42,469 bases of DNA from Candidatus Woesearchaeota archaeon (GCA_017610275.1 JAFCCI010000005.1:1-42469), one strand, 5' to 3'. Counted from the first letter of the stretch, positions 17,085-26,300 are shown. The notes: a model not told the origin generated them from the sequence alone. Program-made: numbers and translations.

Positions 17085-18057
17085 ATGAAACAAATACACT
17101 TTGATTTGAAAAAAGGAGAGCTAAAGCTAAAAGTTGAAAATATGGATGACCTTTGGTGTTTAAGTCATGTAATCCATTTTCATTGAGATAGGTGTTGAGA
17201 GTGTTGAATTTCATGAATATTCCTCTGTTTTAAGGGTTTCTGGGATTATAACACAGGGACCAGAAGATATAACAAAGGGTTCTTACCACACATTTAATCT
17301 AGAATCTGGTTCTATAATCACAATAATAAAAAAACAATGGTTAAGCTTTCAAATTGAAAAAATAAAACAGGCATCAGTTGAAACCAAAAAAATACTAATC
17401 TGTGTTCTTGACAGGGAGGATGTATGCTTTGGGCTTTTAAAAAGACAGGGTTTTAGTCTATTATCTGAGATTAAAGGGGATGTTGAGAAAAAAGCAGATG
17501 TAAAAGTAAAAACAGGAAATTTCTATGCAGAGGTTGTAAACAAGCTTTATAATTATGTTAAAAGATATAAAATTGAAAACATAATACTTGCAAGCCCTGC
17601 ATTCTGGAAAGAAGATTTAATGAAAAACATAAAGGATGAGGAAGTTAAGAAAAAAATCACCCTGGCAACATGCTCCTGCTCTGGAAAAGAGGCAATTGAT
17701 GAAGTTCTGAAAAGGCCTGAAGTAAAAAATGTTTTGAGCCAGCAGAGGCTTGCAAAAGAGCTGAAACTAGTTGAATCATTGTTAGAGGAAATCTCAAAAA
17801 ACAACCTTGCTGTCTATGGCCTGAAGGAAACAGAAAAAGCTGTTAATGCAGGGGCTGTTGAAAAGCTTTTAGTTACAGATGGACTCATACAAAAAACAAG
17901 ATTAAGCAAAAATTATGAAAAAATAGACCAGATGATGAAGAACACAGAGAGCATGAAAGGCAGTGTTAATATAATCGGCTCAGATCATGACGGCGGCAAG
18001 AAGTTAGATGGATTAGGTGGTGTTGGGGCCATATTGAGGTATAAGTTGAGTTATTAG
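17085..18057 (+). pseudogene. pelA: Pelota (Dom34 homolog), disrupted by a frameshift and an apparent ~30-aa internal deletion in the N-terminal domain
   Basis: Frame A runs from ATG 17085: 'MKQIHFDLKKGELKLKVENMDDLWCLSHVIHFH' then TGA at 17184-17186. Frame +1 is open from 17173: 'IFIEIGVESVEFHEYSSVLRVSGIITQGPEDITKGSYHTFNLE...PAFWKEDL...' and continues into the track ORF 17620-18057 ('CSGKEAIDEVL','LAVYGLKETEKAVNAGAVEKLLV'). Frame +1 has no start codon before 17620. Confidence 0.75.
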
Positions 18058-18458
18058 AATATCCTTTCTTTTATTAAATCTGGAATAATTTCTTCTCTCA
18101 TTATATCTATTAAAGGATATTTTTTGTTTTCAAAGTCTCCTCTTGATGTCCATACATAACCTGTTATTTCCATACCTGGTTTTAGTTCTCCCTTTATTTT
18201 TGTTATGTAAATTCTTGATATTGTTCTTGTGTCTGGGATATAGGGCGAATCACATACATACTCTTTAAAGAAATTTGAATCAACAACATCAACACCAAGC
18301 TCTTCTTTCAGTTCTCTTGAAAGAGTTTCTTTATCAGTCTCCCCTTCTTCTTGCCTTCCGCCAGGAGTCCAGTATTCCTTGAATCTTTTATGGCCTTTGA
18401 CAAGCAATATTTTTCCGTCTTTGATGATTATTGCAGCTAAACGTGTTCTTACATTCAT
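18054..18458 (-). CDS. NUDIX hydrolase
   Basis: 134 aa. Complete Nudix box 'GGRQEEGETDKETLSRELKEELGV'. Confidence 0.85.
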   Translation of the reverse strand: MNVRTRLAAIIIKDGKILLVKGHKRFKEYWTPGGRQEEGETDKETLSRELKEELGVDVVDSNFFKEYVCDSPYIPDTRTISRIYITKIKGELKPGMEITGYVWTSRGDFENKKYPLIDIMREEIIPDLIKERIF

Positions 18459-18522
18459 GATAATGATATTACAAGATAGGTTTATTAAGTTTTGTGGTTT
18501 TTAGAATTAAATTAACAAAAAA

Positions 18523-19095
18523 TTATCTATATTTCCTCAAGTTTCCATCTCTTTGTTTTATTAAATCTAAAAGTTTACTTGTAAAAACAAAATCTAAATT
18601 CTTTAAATTTTTAGGGTATAACGATATAAAATCAATTAAATTATCTTTATACATTTTCTTTTTTCTATCATAACTTTTCTTTTTATATTCTGGATTATCT
18701 ATCATACCCCAATATTCAACAAAAACATCAAATTCTGGAAGAAAAAAATCAGGTTCTAATTTTATATTTACAAAAGGAATTGTAAATATCCAAAAGGGTT
18801 TTGGAACTTTTATTTCTGGATGATGATTGTAAATAATATTTTTTCTTTTAAAATAAGCAGCAATTTTTTCTTCTGCATTTGAATCATACCTATTCTTTTT
18901 GTAGGGTACTAATATTTTATATCTTCTAACAGATTCATTCCAAAAAGTTGATACAGAAATGATTAAAATGAATATAGACATCATTCTAAGCAGATTATAT
19001 GCTTCTTGAGGTTTAACAGAGAGAAGAAACAAGCTAATTATTATAAAAAATATTGAACCTATTTGTTTTGTTGAAAATGTATTTTTGAATTTCAT
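18523..19095 (-). CDS. Membrane-anchored protein with a C-terminal PD-(D/E)xK nuclease-like domain
   Basis: 190 aa. Two N-terminal TM helices. Then 'SNAEEKIAAYFKRKNIIYNHHP...LEPDFFLPEFDVFVEYWGM...Y...K...Y', which resembles the 'PDF.LP...IEYWG' nuclease-fold module seen at the N-termini of some helicases and restriction-like proteins. Confidence 0.45.
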   Translation of the reverse strand: MKFKNTFSTKQIGSIFFIIISLFLLSVKPQEAYNLLRMMSIFILIISVSTFWNESVRRYKILVPYKKNRYDSNAEEKIAAYFKRKNIIYNHHPEIKVPKPFWIFTIPFVNIKLEPDFFLPEFDVFVEYWGMIDNPEYKKKSYDRKKKMYKDNLIDFISLYPKNLKNLDFVFTSKLLDLIKQRDGNLRKYR

Positions 19096-19097
19096 AT

Positions 19098-20285
19098 TTA
19101 ATTTCCTTTAACAACCCTCAGCGTCTCCCTGGCGATTTGGAGTTCTTCGTTGGTAGGAATGACCATGGCCACTACTTTTGAGTCTTTGGCCGTTATGATT
19201 GTTTCATTGTTTTCATTCTTTTTCTTGTCAATTCTTAGGCCAATGTATTCAAACTGTTTCAGTATTCTTTCCCTTAAATAATATGCATTCTCCCCAATGC
19301 CTGCTGTGAAAACAATTGCATCAACACCATTTAAACTAGCAATATAAGAACCAATATATTTTGTAATCCTATAAGCAAGAACATCAAGAGCAAGATGTGC
19401 TCTTTTGTTTCCTTTTTTCTCATTATTCCACAAAACCCTTACATCAGGGCTTATTCCGGATATTCCCAATAACCCTGATTTTTTGTTTAATATATTATCC
19501 ATTTCCTTAACAGAAAGTTTCTCTTTTTTCATAAGAAAGAAAATTATAGCAGGATCAATATCACCACAGCGAGTTCCCATAACAACTCCCTCCAATGGAG
19601 TAAAGCCCATTGAGGTATCAATGCTTTTCCCATTCATAACTGCAGCAATGCTTGAGCCATTACCAAGATGGCAGGTTATTATTTTTAATTTATTATAATC
19701 TTTTTTTAAGATTTCAGCTGCTTTTTTTGAAACATAATAGTGTGATGTTCCATGAAAGCCATAGCGCCTTATACCATACTTTTTATAATATTTATATGGA
19801 ATCCCATAAATAAATGCTTTTTCAGGAATACTACTATGAAAGCAAGTGTCAAAAACAGCAACCTGCTTTACACTTGGCAAGAGTTCTTTGCAAACCCTTA
19901 TTCCAATAAGATTTGCAGGATTATGCAAGGGGGCAAGTTCACTTAATTCTTTAATCTTTTTCATAACTTTATCATTAATCAAAACAGTTTTTTTAAACTC
20001 TTCACCACCATGAACTGCCCTATGGCCTATGGCCTTTATCTCACTAAGCAAACTTATAATCCTATTATCCAAAATTATGCCAAGAACATTCTTTAATGCT
20101 ACCCTATGGTTTTTAATTTTTTTTCTTATTTTCTTACTGTTGCCTTCTATTTCATACTTAATAAAAGAATTATTTAAACCAATGCCATCAGCAATTCCCT
20201 TAATCAAAACATGTTCTTTTTCTTTAATCTCAAAAAGCTGGAACTTCAAAGAACTTGAGCCCGAATTTAATACCAAAATTTTCAT
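19098..20285 (-). CDS. ackA: Acetate kinase
   Basis: 395 aa. 'MKILVLNSGSSSLKFQLF', 'GHRAVHGG', 'FDTCFH', 'YGFHGTSH', 'CHLGNGSS', 'DTSMGFTPLEG..MGTR.GD.DP'. Confidence 0.93.
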   Translation of the reverse strand: MKILVLNSGSSSLKFQLFEIKEKEHVLIKGIADGIGLNNSFIKYEIEGNSKKIRKKIKNHRVALKNVLGIILDNRIISLLSEIKAIGHRAVHGGEEFKKTVLINDKVMKKIKELSELAPLHNPANLIGIRVCKELLPSVKQVAVFDTCFHSSIPEKAFIYGIPYKYYKKYGIRRYGFHGTSHYYVSKKAAEILKKDYNKLKIITCHLGNGSSIAAVMNGKSIDTSMGFTPLEGVVMGTRCGDIDPAIIFFLMKKEKLSVKEMDNILNKKSGLLGISGISPDVRVLWNNEKKGNKRAHLALDVLAYRITKYIGSYIASLNGVDAIVFTAGIGENAYYLRERILKQFEYIGLRIDKKKNENNETIITAKDSKVVAMVIPTNEELQIARETLRVVKGN

Positions 20286-20289
20286 TATA

Positions 20290-21270
20290 TCACTTCTTTA
20301 TATTCTGAGCCTGCACAACAGTTATTGCAGTCAAGTCAACAATATCCTGAACAGAGCAACCCCTTGATAAATCATTCATTGGCTTTGCAAGGCCTTGGAG
20401 TATTGGGCCAATTGCCCTTACATTCCCCAATCTTTCAACAAGCTTGTATGATATATTGCCAGAGTTAAGGCTCGGAAACACAAGCACATTAATTTTTTCC
20501 CGGCAGTTAATACTAGGGCACTTTTTTTCACAAACATCTTCTATGAGTGCAGCATCTGCCTGGATCTCACCAACAACATTTAATCCAGATTTTTTGGCAA
20601 TTTTTACTGCCTTTCTTACTCTATCTACATCTTCTCCTTTTCCAGAACCAACTGTTGAATATGAGAGCATTCCTACCCTTGCTTTTTTATTAAAAAGATT
20701 TTCAAATGTTTCTATTGAAAGCCCTGCTATTTCAGCAAGATCTTCTGAGCTCGGGTCTGGGATAACAGCACAGTCAGCAAAGAGCAGAACTTTTTCATCT
20801 TTTGCCATAAGCATAGCACCAGACACTTTTTTAACATTCTTTTTTGTTTTTATTATCTGAAAAGCTGCCCTTACTGCTTCCGATGTTGAATGAGATGCCC
20901 CTCCTATTAAGCCATTAGCATCATTGCAATAAAGCATCATAGCCCCAAAGTAGAGCTCATTTTTCAGCATTTTTTTTGCATCATCTAAACTAACACCCTT
21001 ATCATTCCTTAATTCAAAAAGCTTTTTTGCATACAAATTAAATTTTTCTGATTTAAGATTATTAATAATCTCAACACCCCTTAGATTTAGCCCAAGATCA
21101 TCAATTTTCTTTAATACCTTTTTCACATCACCTAAAAGAGTAACCCTTGCAATTCCTTTCTTTAAAATGATTTCAGATGCCTTTAAAATCCTCTCATCAA
21201 ATGCCTCTGAAAAAACAATCTTTTTGGGATTTTTCCTTGCTTTTTTTATTATATTATCCAAAACTTCCAT
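20290..21270 (-). CDS. pta: Phosphate acetyltransferase (short, PTA_PTB-domain-only form)
   Basis: 326 aa. 'KKIVFSEAFDERILKA', 'NELYFGAMML', 'DGLIGGASHSTSEAVRAA', 'ADCAV.P.P', 'FPSLNSGNISYKL'. It lies 4 nt upstream of ackA on the same strand. Confidence 0.9.
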   Translation of the reverse strand: MEVLDNIIKKARKNPKKIVFSEAFDERILKASEIILKKGIARVTLLGDVKKVLKKIDDLGLNLRGVEIINNLKSEKFNLYAKKLFELRNDKGVSLDDAKKMLKNELYFGAMMLYCNDANGLIGGASHSTSEAVRAAFQIIKTKKNVKKVSGAMLMAKDEKVLLFADCAVIPDPSSEDLAEIAGLSIETFENLFNKKARVGMLSYSTVGSGKGEDVDRVRKAVKIAKKSGLNVVGEIQADAALIEDVCEKKCPSINCREKINVLVFPSLNSGNISYKLVERLGNVRAIGPILQGLAKPMNDLSRGCSVQDIVDLTAITVVQAQNIKK

Positions 21271-21498
21271 AATCAGGGTAACTTTCTTTTATTTATTTAA
21301 AGCTTTTCATTTGAAAAAACCCCTGAAAAAGATAACATTTAAATAATAGCTACATATAGTAATTATTGGGTTTTTTAACTGGGTGGTTACATATAAAAAT
21401 TAGCGACTATTAAATGCTGAAAAACCATAACATATTAATAGTAGTAACCTTAATTCATTTATATTAAATTAAAAATAAAAGAGGGAGGGTGAATAATA

Positions 21499-22320
21499 AT
21501 GATAGTAAAAGAAGAATTTTTAAGCAGGCTGAAATTGTATTTTTCTCTAAATCTGTATGAAGTAAAGATATGGACAGCCCTTTTATCAAGAGGGGTTTCA
21601 ACAGCTGGCGAGTTAAGTGACATTGCAAATGTTCCAAGATCAAGAAGTTATGATGTTCTTGAATCACTTGAGAAAAAAGGATTTGTTGTTATGAAGTTTG
21701 GAAAGCCAATAAAATACATGGCAGTTCCACCTGAAGAGGTTGTTGAAAGAGTAAAGAAAAATATGAGGACAGATGCAGAAACAAAAGTAAAGAGATTAGA
21801 TGAACTGAAGAAAACAGAGGTTTTAGGTGAGTTAAAGACTCTTTTCACACAAGGTGTTGAATTAGTTGAGCCAAGCGATTTATCTGGCTCATTAAGGGGA
21901 AGGCACAACCTCTATAACCACATTGACTTTACAATAAGGAGTGCTGAAGAGACAGTTACTATTGTAACAACAACCGCCGGCCTAATAAGGAAGGTAGAAG
22001 CCCTTAAGGGAACTCTTGAAAAAATGAAGAAAAAAGGAGTTAAAATAAGAGTAGCAGCACCAATAACAAAAGAGTGCAAGGCAGCTATTGATGATTTAAA
22101 AGATATTGCAGAAATAAGGCACATTGAAAATCTGAAAGCAAGATTTATAGTTGTTGACAGCAAAGAACTAATCTTTATGGTCATGGATGATAAGAATGTT
22201 CACCCAACCTACGATGTTGGAATCTGGGTAAACACACCAATCTTTGCTTCTGCATTAGAGCAATTGTTTGAGCTTGCATGGAAAGATTTGAAACCAGCAC
22301 TTAAAACAATTAAAGCATAA
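21499..22320 (+). CDS. TrmB-family transcriptional regulator
   Basis: 273 aa. N-terminal wHTH 'LYEVKIWTALLSRGVSTAGELSDIANVPRSRSYDVLESLEKKGFV' plus a C-terminal TrmB-type effector region. SD-like 'GGAGGGTGA' at 21484-21492. Confidence 0.85.
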   Translation: MIVKEEFLSRLKLYFSLNLYEVKIWTALLSRGVSTAGELSDIANVPRSRSYDVLESLEKKGFVVMKFGKPIKYMAVPPEEVVERVKKNMRTDAETKVKRLDELKKTEVLGELKTLFTQGVELVEPSDLSGSLRGRHNLYNHIDFTIRSAEETVTIVTTTAGLIRKVEALKGTLEKMKKKGVKIRVAAPITKECKAAIDDLKDIAEIRHIENLKARFIVVDSKELIFMVMDDKNVHPTYDVGIWVNTPIFASALEQLFELAWKDLKPALKTIKA

Positions 22321-22351
22321 TTTTTTTTATTTTTTTATTGTTCACAAAACA

Positions 22352-22359
22352 TTTAAATA
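22352..22359 (+). promoter_or_regulatory. TATA box (TTTAAATA) with a purine-rich BRE-like 'ACAAAAC' for rnhB
   Basis: 23 nt upstream of ATG 22382. Confidence 0.4.
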
Positions 22360-22381
22360 AGTATCTTATTCTTTAATTTTT

Positions 22382-23035
22382 ATGGTATTGATATTAGGCA
22401 TTGATGAAGCAGGCAGGGGCCCGGTTATAGGGCCGTTGGTCATAGCTGGAGTTTCTATAAATGAAAAAGACCTTGATAAATTAAAAGAGCTAGGAGTAAA
22501 GGATTCCAAACTGCTGAGCCCAACTCAAAGGGAAGGCATGTTTAATAAAATAATAAATACAGCAAAAAATCACAAGATTATAATAATCCCCCCAAAAGAG
22601 ATAGATTCTGCGCTTAAATCAGAAAGCCTTAACCTTAACTGGCTGGAAGCAATCAAATCTGCGGATATTATAAATTTTTTAAAGCCAGAAAAAGCCATAG
22701 TTGACTGCCCAAGCAACAACATACCAGCTTATACAAATTTTTTAAAAAAATACTTAAAAAACAAAACAGAACTTATTGTAGAGCATAAAGCAGATTTTAA
22801 ATATCTTGTTGTTTCAGCAGCCTCAATAATTGCAAAAGTAATAAGAGATAATGAAATAAAAAAAATACAACAGAAAATAAAAGAGCCAATTGGCTCGGGT
22901 TACCCATCTGATCCTGTTACAATAAATTTTCTGGAAAAAAACTATAATAATTACCTAGGAATTTTCAGGAAGGAATGGGCTTCATGGAAAAATATTAATA
23001 AAAAAAAGAAACAAAAGAGCTTAAAAGATTTTTAG
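22382..23035 (+). CDS. rnhB: Ribonuclease HII
   Basis: 217 aa. 'GIDEAGRGPVIGPLVIAG', 'GVKDSKLL', 'VDCPS', 'SAASIIAKV.RD', 'GSGYPSD'. Confidence 0.92.
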   Translation: MVLILGIDEAGRGPVIGPLVIAGVSINEKDLDKLKELGVKDSKLLSPTQREGMFNKIINTAKNHKIIIIPPKEIDSALKSESLNLNWLEAIKSADIINFLKPEKAIVDCPSNNIPAYTNFLKKYLKNKTELIVEHKADFKYLVVSAASIIAKVIRDNEIKKIQQKIKEPIGSGYPSDPVTINFLEKNYNNYLGIFRKEWASWKNINKKKKQKSLKDF

Positions 23036-23043
23036 TAAAAAAT

Positions 23044-23223
23044 CTACTCTTCTGCTCCTTCTTCCGAAGTTTTTTCAAGAACAGCTTCATAGTATTTTAT
23101 AGGCTTTATATCTGTTATGACTGTCTTATGCATAACAAACTTTCCATCTTTGCTCTTTAAAACCTTGCTCTCTACTATGGGCATATTCTTTATCTGCTCT
23201 AGTCTTTTCTCGCTAAATTCCAT
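23044..23223 (-). CDS. Possible small hypothetical protein (59 aa, below the ORF-track cutoff)
   Basis: My own translation: 'MEFSEKRLEQIKNMPIVESKVLKSKDGKFVMHKTVITDIKPIKYYEAVLEKTSEEGAEE*'. The composition is non-repetitive and it fills an otherwise empty gap. No family recognised. Confidence 0.3.
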   Translation of the reverse strand: MEFSEKRLEQIKNMPIVESKVLKSKDGKFVMHKTVITDIKPIKYYEAVLEKTSEEGAEE

Positions 23224-23353
23224 TTTTTAACCCCCTAAATTTTTTAATCTCTTTTGTCAAAAAGATTATATAATAAAGTCAGAAATAATTCTTTATATGA
23301 GTTTTTCAAAAAAAATGAGCATATTTTCAGGATAATTAAAGAAATCACGAAAA

Positions 23354-24310
23354 CTATGGCAGTGTTCTGTACTTTGTGTTTATCATACCCCATTCAACAA
23401 ACAACAATGCTAAAGCAGTCATCATGAGGCCCATTGAAAGATTTACAGGTATTTTTTTCTGTGAGCTTGCAGATATTTCTTCAAATGCATTGGATAAACT
23501 TTCCTCATTATCAGCCCTGTAATACTTACCATCTGTTTTTTGAGCTATGTCAATGAGGGTTGGCTCATCAAGTTTTGAGAGTAAATCGCCTTTTATGAAT
23601 GTCCCCCCTTCTTCTGTGCCAAGGCCTATAGTGTTAATTGTTACATAATTTTTGTTTGCATATTCAATAGCCGTATCAACAGGCGTTCCAACAGTGCTCT
23701 GCCCGTCTGTCAGCAAAATAATAACCCTTGAGTTTTCCTGGTTTAACAAAATATTTGTAGAGGTTATTATTGCTCCCCCTATATCAGTTCCTCCAACTCT
23801 CTTAATTCTTATGCCGGTAATAACCTCTTCTGTCTCTTTCATGTTATCTGTTAAATCCTGCTCAACAAAACTTGTTCCTGCAAAAGAAACAACACCAATA
23901 TTTGTTTTTGCTTTTAAGCTCTCAACAAACAATGAAGATGCCTTTCTTGCAGCATCAAGCCTATATGGCTTGAAATCATCTGCTAACATAGAGCTTGAGG
24001 CATCTATTGCTATCACAAAATCAAACTCACTGCTTTGGCCACTGTACCAAAGGACAGGTCCGGATATTGAAAATATGAGAAATAATAATACAACAACTCT
24101 TACAATCAACAAAAACAAATTTTTTGATATCCCCCTTGCATTTTTAAGTTCAAGCTTTGTTCCTGTCACTCTTTTGATTGCCTCAAAATTAGCAAATTTT
24201 ACTGCCCTTCTCTTGAGGTAACCTAAAACAAAGAAGTGGGTTATTATTAGCATGGGTATGCTTATTAAAAGCCACAAATAATAAGGATTAGTAAAGTTTA
24301 TTGTTATCAT
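23354..24310 (-). CDS. Membrane-anchored von Willebrand factor A (vWA) protein, BatA-like
   Basis: 318 aa. N-terminal TM helices, MIDAS 'VIAIDASSSM', 'VVSFAG', 'GGTDIG.AI', 'IILLTDGQS', C-terminal TM. Confidence 0.8.
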   Translation of the reverse strand: MITINFTNPYYLWLLISIPMLIITHFFVLGYLKRRAVKFANFEAIKRVTGTKLELKNARGISKNLFLLIVRVVVLLFLIFSISGPVLWYSGQSSEFDFVIAIDASSSMLADDFKPYRLDAARKASSLFVESLKAKTNIGVVSFAGTSFVEQDLTDNMKETEEVITGIRIKRVGGTDIGGAIITSTNILLNQENSRVIILLTDGQSTVGTPVDTAIEYANKNYVTINTIGLGTEEGGTFIKGDLLSKLDEPTLIDIAQKTDGKYYRADNEESLSNAFEEISASSQKKIPVNLSMGLMMTALALLFVEWGMINTKYRTLP

Positions 24311-25194
24311 CTTCTTATTTTATTCCTCATCAAAAAGAAATTTATTACATGATTTAAAAAAGGTTTATCTGTTCTTAATTCTAAAAAATTTGCTCTTGAT
24401 TTTATAAATGTATGTTTTACATATTTTACTTGTTCTTTAACAGCAGCCTCATATTCTTCCTTTATTGTTGCTGTGTCTATTAATACCTCTTTGTCAGAAT
24501 AAGGGTCTGAAATAACTATCTGGCCAACATCTTCAGGCATTTCATAGTCCCTTGGATCCCTGACCATCATCCCAATTATCTCAAATCTTTCAGATGCAGC
24601 ATTTAAGTATTTTTCCCAATCCTCACCAAGACCTATAAAATCAGATACTATCACAACTATTGCACCCCTTTTGAAAGAATTAATCAACTCAGTTATTACT
24701 CTTGCAAAATCAAATTTTCCTTCATAGAGTTTAGGATTAGACAAGGTTTTTAATATCATAAAATACTGCCCATTACCCATAGCAGGATGCAGGAATTTGA
24801 CTATTTTATCATTAAACATAACCAAACCAACTGAATCACCAGCCTGTATAGCTGCAAAGCTCAGTGAGGCAACAAGTTCTGCTGCATACTCATTTTTCAG
24901 CTTGTCAATAGATGCAAAAGACATGCTTGAGCTGACATCAACTAGAAAAATAATATTAACATTTCTTTCCTCAGTAAGCACTTTAATCAGCAAATCCTGT
25001 GACCTTAAGGTTGCTTTCCAGTCAATCAGGTTAGCATCATCACCAGAAATATAACCTCGATAACCCTCAAAATCCAGGCCTTTGCCTTTAAATGAGCTTT
25101 TATAAGAACCAGTTAAGATATCTATAAACCCTCTTTTGGTTGATACCTCTAATTTTTTAATAAGGGGCTTTAAGTTAAGCTTTAATTCTTCCAT
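24307..25194 (-). CDS. DUF58-family protein (vWA-like, MoxR-associated)
   Basis: 295 aa. 'G.DFEGYR.Y..GDD...IDWKAT.R', 'FLVDVSSSM', 'VVIVSDF'. ATGA start/stop overlap with the downstream vWA gene. Confidence 0.8.
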   Translation of the reverse strand: MEELKLNLKPLIKKLEVSTKRGFIDILTGSYKSSFKGKGLDFEGYRGYISGDDANLIDWKATLRSQDLLIKVLTEERNVNIIFLVDVSSSMSFASIDKLKNEYAAELVASLSFAAIQAGDSVGLVMFNDKIVKFLHPAMGNGQYFMILKTLSNPKLYEGKFDFARVITELINSFKRGAIVVIVSDFIGLGEDWEKYLNAASERFEIIGMMVRDPRDYEMPEDVGQIVISDPYSDKEVLIDTATIKEEYEAAVKEQVKYVKHTFIKSRANFLELRTDKPFLNHVINFFLMRNKIRR

Positions 25195-25207
25195 TTTTAA
25201 GCAGGAT

Positions 25208-26194
25208 TTATGGAACAGGAACTCTTGCCAGAATCTCTGAAATCACATCTTCAACCTTAATATTTTCTGATTGTGCTTCATAGTTTAGGATAAGCCTGTG
25301 CCTCAAAACATCATATGTAACCTCTTTAACATCCTGCGGCGTTACAAAGGTCTTGCCATTCATTAATGCCTCTGCTTTTGATGCAATAAACAATCCAATA
25401 GATGCCCTTGGAGAAGCACCATAATCTATATAATCTCCTAGCTTAACCTTATAATTATTAGGATTCCGTGTTGCATCAACTATCTGAACAATATATTTTT
25501 CAATCTTTTTATCTAGATAAACTTTTTTTACATCATCCTGCAATCCTAATATTTTTTCAGGAGACATTATAGGTTTTAAAGTGAAATTCTCAAACTTTTT
25601 TGTTGTTATGTTTTTATTAAGAATAGCCTGCTCTTCATCAAGAAGGGGGTATCCTATTTTAATCTTGAACAGGAACCTGTCAATCTGCGCCTCTGGCAAG
25701 GGATAAATACCTACTTGTTCTAATGGATTTTGAGTTGCAAGAATAAAAAAGGGCATTGGCATACTAAATGTTTCTTTTCCAATTGTTGCCTGTTTTTCCT
25801 GCATACATTCCAGCAAAGCGGACTGCACTTTTGGAGGTGCCCTGTTTATTTCATCAGCAAGAATAAAATTGCTGAATATTGGCCCTTTAAGAACATAAAA
25901 CCCTCTTTCCCGTTCATAAGCAGTTATCCCAATTATATCAGTTGGCAAAAGGTCTGGCGTAAACTGAATTCTGCTGAAGTCGCACCCCATAACAGCAGAT
26001 AAAGCCCTTACAATAAGTGTTTTAGCAATCCCGGGAACCCCTTCTACAAGCACATTGCCATTTGCTAATAATGCCCTTAAGAATCCATTAATTACTCTTT
26101 CCTGGCCAACAACTGCATTTGAAACTTCTTTTTTTATTTCACCAATAACTTTTTGGTTTTGAATTACCTTCTCAGCAAAATCTTCTTTATTCAT
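25208..26194 (-). CDS. MoxR-family AAA+ ATPase
   Basis: 328 aa. Walker A 'EGVPGIAKT', 'RIQFTPDLLPTDI.G', Walker B 'ILADEINRAPPKVQSALLE.MQE', 'ATQNP.EQ.G.YPLPEAQ.DRF', 'GASPRA'. Confidence 0.9.
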   Translation of the reverse strand: MNKEDFAEKVIQNQKVIGEIKKEVSNAVVGQERVINGFLRALLANGNVLVEGVPGIAKTLIVRALSAVMGCDFSRIQFTPDLLPTDIIGITAYERERGFYVLKGPIFSNFILADEINRAPPKVQSALLECMQEKQATIGKETFSMPMPFFILATQNPLEQVGIYPLPEAQIDRFLFKIKIGYPLLDEEQAILNKNITTKKFENFTLKPIMSPEKILGLQDDVKKVYLDKKIEKYIVQIVDATRNPNNYKVKLGDYIDYGASPRASIGLFIASKAEALMNGKTFVTPQDVKEVTYDVLRHRLILNYEAQSENIKVEDVISEILARVPVP

Positions 26195-26300
26195 ATTTAA
26201 GTTGAGTAATTCCTAATATTTATATTTTCTTATCCTACTCAAGAAGGGTAAAACCTCACACGATAGATTTATATATAGATATTTAATAATATAAAATAAT

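Noticed and set aside
17170-17190. Programmed +1 ribosomal frameshift in pelota
   Set aside because: About 30 conserved residues are also missing at the junction. That fits a deletion or assembly error better than recoding, and I see no recognisable shifty or stimulatory element. It is kept as an alternative inside the pelota finding only.
21351-21361. 'TACATATAGTA' in the pta/TrmB-like intergenic region as a TrmB operator-like palindrome
   Set aside because: It is not a true inverted repeat (its reverse complement is TACTATATGTA). In about 30% GC DNA such AT-rich near-palindromes are expected by chance.
20444-24221. Long antisense ORFs (138 aa at 20444-20860, 189 aa at 23652-24221, and similar ones at 19405, 21648, 21912, 24797, 25730, 26441)
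   Set aside because: Each lies fully inside a gene with strong family signatures on the other strand (pta, vWA, ackA, TrmB-like, DUF58, MoxR, tail-module gene). They have Ser/Phe/Leu-rich compositions typical of antisense frames in AT-rich DNA.
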